Source: Gammaproteobacteria bacterium (lineage in GTDB: Bacteria; Pseudomonadota; Gammaproteobacteria; Ga0077536). Taken from it: DNA of 64,000 nt. The stretch's first letter is position 1; every line of letters begins with the position of its first letter. The position numbers and the translations under genes are program-made. Below, in pieces: positions 61,505 to 64,000 of the stretch. The stretch covers positions 732 through 64,731 of the forward strand of contig JBFWYG010000007.1 of assembly GCA_050186725.1 (NCBI GenBank), read 5' to 3'. Under the pieces are notes generated by a model. The model was not told the origin of the DNA, made no database searches, and was given only the letters and a program-made list of their open reading frames with translations.

Positions 61505-62752
61505 TCAGTCGAAATGCACGGCCCGTGCCGGCTCGATGGACGCCGCGCGCAGCGCCGGGTAGACCGTCGCGAGGAGCGACAGCGCGAGGCTGGCCGAACT
61601 CACCGCGAGCAGATCCGGCAGGCGCAGCTCCGCAGGCAGGTAGTCGAGGAAATAGACGTCGGGATTCAGCAGGTCGACGCCGAGCAGACCTTCAAGGAAG
61701 TTCATCACCGCCTGGCTCTCGCTCGCGCCCCAGGCGCCGAGCGCCACGCCGAGCAGCGCGCCCAGCGCGCCGAGCAGCAGGCCATTGACCAGGAACAGCC
61801 CGAGGATCTGGCCGCGGCTGGTACCGATGGTCCGCAGGATGGCGATGTCGCGGGTCTTCTCGGTGACCGTCATGATCATGTTGGCGGCGATGTTGAACGC
61901 GGCCACCGCGATGATCAGCACGAGGATCACGAACATGATGCGCTTCTGCGACTCGAGCGCGAGGAAGAAATTGCGTTCGTACTGGGTCCAGTCCACGGCG
62001 CGCAGTTCGTCGCCGAGACGCGCGGCCAGCGCGGCGCTGCGCGCCGGCGCCTCGGCGGCATCGGTGAACCGCGTGCGCACGCCGGATATCGCGGCGCCGA
62101 AGTTGAACAGCACACGGGCGCGATCGAGGTGGGTCAGGAGCAGGCGCCCGTCGTACTGGTGCATGCCGGTATGGAAGGTGCCCATGATCGTCAGCCGCTC
62201 GTAGCGGGGCGGGGCGCTGCGCCCGTCGGCCAGCCACTGGGGCACGACCAGCGTGACCGTGTCGCCGACGGCGGCGCCGAGCTTGGCGGCCAGCGTATCG
62301 CCCGCGAGCACGCCCTGGCCGGTTGGCGTGAGCGTCTCCAGCAGGCCGGGCGCCAGGTAGTGGGCGAGGTCCGTCACCTGGCTCTCGCGCTCCGGAACGA
62401 TGCCCTCGACCATCACGCCGGTGACCTTGCCCTTGCGCGTCAGCATGCCGCTCGCGCGCAGGTAGGGCGTGGCCGCCACCAGTCCTTCCTGTCCGCGCAG
62501 ACCGGCGTCCAGCGCCGGCCAGTCGAGAATCACGCCACGCGCGCTCAGCAGCACGGCGTGGGACGACATGCCTAGCACGTGGCGCACCACCTCCCGTTCG
62601 AAGCCGTTCATGACCGACAGCACGATGATCAGCGCCGCGACGCCGAGGGCAATACCGGCGACGGACACCACGCTGACGAAGCTCGCGAAGCGATTGCGAC
62701 GCTTGGTCGTGACGTAGCGCAGGGCGACGAACAGCGGGAAGGGCTGGAACAC
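61505..62752 (-). CDS. lipoprotein-releasing ABC transporter permease LolC/LolE
   Basis: MacB/FtsX-like topology and a large periplasmic loop are present. 415 aa. Confidence 0.85.
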   Translation of the reverse strand: MFQPFPLFVALRYVTTKRRNRFASFVSVVSVAGIALGVAALIIVLSVMNGFEREVVRHVLGMSSHAVLLSARGVILDWPALDAGLRGQEGLVAATPYLRASGMLTRKGKVTGVMVEGIVPERESQVTDLAHYLAPGLLETLTPTGQGVLAGDTLAAKLGAAVGDTVTLVVPQWLADGRSAPPRYERLTIMGTFHTGMHQYDGRLLLTHLDRARVLFNFGAAISGVRTRFTDAAEAPARSAALAARLGDELRAVDWTQYERNFFLALESQKRIMFVILVLIIAVAAFNIAANMIMTVTEKTRDIAILRTIGTSRGQILGLFLVNGLLLGALGALLGVALGAWGASESQAVMNFLEGLLGVDLLNPDVYFLDYLPAELRLPDLLAVSSASLALSLLATVYPALRAASIEPARAVHFD

Positions 62753-62805
62753 GGGCGGGCCGGGTTGGGCGACTGCGCGGATTATGTCACGGCGCGCGCG
62801 TTCGC

Positions 62806-62838
62806 CTTAAAACGAGGGGGCGTCTTTCGACGCCCCCT
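62806..62838 (-). terminator. rho-independent terminator (11-bp stem GAGGGGGCGTC/GACGCCCCCTC, 4-nt loop, followed by GUUUUAA on minus strand)
   Basis: Seen in the sequence, downstream of the GFA gene and upstream of lolC/E. Confidence 0.5.
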
Positions 62839-63019
62839 CTGAAGGGTCGCACTTAGAGAGGAGTAACACCCGACCATTGGGCGGGTCGTGTGTTGAACTT
62901 GGTTTAGCAGCAACTGTGCCAATGCGGACTTCACCGTGGATCAGCCACTTGAGGCCGGCGCCTGACGAGGCATTGCACCGCCGACGCACAGCGCGGCACA
63001 GCGCTGGTGCGCCGCGTGC

Positions 63020-63433
63020 TCAATCGACGGTACGCGCGGTGAGGGCAGCGGCATGGCGTTCCCAGTCACGACCGTCAAAGGTGTCTATCAAGACGGTCTC
63101 GAAGGTGCCTGGCGCGATGCAACGCAGGTTGACGCTGTAGCCGTCAGGGTTGGAGCGGGGGACATAGAACGACTTCACGCCGCAGTGGCGGCAGAAGGTA
63201 TGGCGGGCCGTCCCGGTGTTGAACGCATACGTGACCAGGGAGTCGGCGCCGGTCAGCAGCGTGAAGCGTCTCGCGGCCACCAGCCAATGCAGGTAGCCGG
63301 CCTTGCGGCAGATCGAGCAGTTGCAGTCCTCGACGCGAATCTCGCGCGGCCCGAGCACCTGGAAGCGCACTGCGCCACAGTGGCAGGCGCCCTGGTGCAG
63401 GCGCTCGGCCACGCTCGCGCCGTCTTCAGGCAT
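63020..63433 (-). CDS. GFA family protein (glutathione-dependent formaldehyde-activating / CENP-V-like Zn domain)
   Basis: Cys pattern CHCGAVRF...CNCSIC...CRHCG. 137 aa. Confidence 0.75.
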   Translation of the reverse strand: MPEDGASVAERLHQGACHCGAVRFQVLGPREIRVEDCNCSICRKAGYLHWLVAARRFTLLTGADSLVTYAFNTGTARHTFCRHCGVKSFYVPRSNPDGYSVNLRCIAPGTFETVLIDTFDGRDWERHAAALTARTVD

Positions 63434-63797
63434 CGCGGATCGCGCAGCGCTCCAGCACTTCCAGCGGCACCATGCCGAGCACCGAGCGGTGGGTCGCGCC
63501 CAGGTGCACGCGCGCGATGATGCCGGCCTCGAAGGCCTCTATCCAACGCGAGAGACACACGCACCAGCGATCGCCGGGCAGCAGACCGGGGAAACCGATC
63601 TCGAGGCGCGGCGCGAGCAGGTCGTTGCCGCGGGCGCGGGAGAACAGCAGGAACTCCTCGCTCATCTCCACGCAGATGGTGTGCTCGCCCAGGTCTTCGC
63701 CCGAGGTGTTGCAGCAGCCGTCGCGGTAGTAGCCGGTGAGCGGGTCGCGCGAGCAGGTTTCGAGCGGCTGACCGAGGACGTTGAGGCTGGGCTGCAT
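63426..63797 (-). CDS. DUF2237 family protein
   Basis: Starts MQPSLNVLGQPLETCS. It has the Cys-rich GYYRDGCCNT motif and overlaps the GFA start by 8 nt. Confidence 0.55.
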   Translation of the reverse strand: MQPSLNVLGQPLETCSRDPLTGYYRDGCCNTSGEDLGEHTICVEMSEEFLLFSRARGNDLLAPRLEIGFPGLLPGDRWCVCLSRWIEAFEAGIIARVHLGATHRSVLGMVPLEVLERCAIRDA

Positions 63798-63905
63798 GGG
63801 AACACTCGTGGCGGGAAAGAAGCGCGCGGCGCGTGGGCCGGCGCGGGGCAATGGTAGACTTCGGCGCACGCGAGCGGCAAGCAAGCCGCGCATCCGCTAC
63901 CACCA

Positions 63906-64000
63906 TGACCGCAGTCCGCACCCATCGCCCGCTCCTCAAGTTCGGCCGCGCCTGCGGGCTGATCGCGCTGCTGTGGGTGGCCTGTCCCGCGTGGGCGGCG
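63906..64000 (+). CDS. secreted/lipoprotein-like protein, partial (N-terminal signal peptide only in window)
   Basis: MTAVRTHRPLLKFGRACGLIALLWVACPAWAA runs off the window end. Confidence 0.35.

Overview
This is a high-GC (roughly 68-70%) proteobacterial chromosomal segment that is densely coding, mostly metabolic genes, with no transposases, integrases, CRISPR arrays, rRNA or tRNA genes that I could detect by eye. Many long six-frame ORFs are antisense or GC-frame artifacts. Real starts are often internal ATG/GTG codons with ATGA/GTGA-type overlaps. Coordinates below are taken from the ORF track with codon offsets, and motif coordinates counted by hand may be off by +/-2.

Content in order:
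(1) A partial luciferase-like (LLM) oxidoreductase gene followed by an acyl-CoA dehydrogenase, both on the minus strand.
(2) A cluster for 4-hydroxy/4-oxo acid catabolism that resembles the Pseudomonas putida lva operon. It has two tandem paralogous hypothetical genes, then APH-fold kinase, small DUF6285-like protein, enoyl-CoA hydratase, acyl-CoA dehydrogenase, SDR, and a second kinase plus small-protein pair.
(3) An RRM RNA-binding protein, then gcdH divergent from etfB-etfA-ETF:quinone oxidoreductase.
(4) A ferredoxin / ferredoxin reductase / ferredoxin cassette followed by GST-zeta (maiA-like), a NicX/M29-like protein, an ACAD-fold protein translationally coupled to an acyl-CoA ligase, a TonB-dependent receptor of lower GC, an MhpA-like FAD hydroxylase with DUF2783, and a class-I-fumarase-like hydro-lyase. 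I read this as a putative aromatic or N-heteroaromatic catabolic neighbourhood with unknown substrate.
(5) A minus-strand operon: DAHP synthase paralog, FecBCD-type ABC importer, LLM oxidoreductase, PAPS-reductase-family protein.
(6) feoA-feoA-feoB with a putative Fur box, then icd-aceK.
(7) Housekeeping and accessory genes: epimerase, YVTN beta-propeller plus SRPBCC pair, photolyase, DUF192, IalB-like, TrmO, HDOD signalling protein, Lhr helicase, glycerate kinase.
(8) A hipBA toxin-antitoxin module convergent on an FHA-domain gene, then avtA, sohB, a PAS protein, queD, an SDR, a stand-alone Pol-beta-type nucleotidyltransferase, lolC/E, GFA and DUF2237.

Observations most worth following up:
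- the duplicated kinase module in the lva-like cluster, and the two tandem paralogs next to it;
- a 27-bp perfect inverted repeat inside that cluster;
- the HipA copy, which appears to lack the catalytic Asp and Mg-binding Asp residues;
- the orphan ferredoxin / reductase / ferredoxin cassette;
- the stand-alone nucleotidyltransferase.
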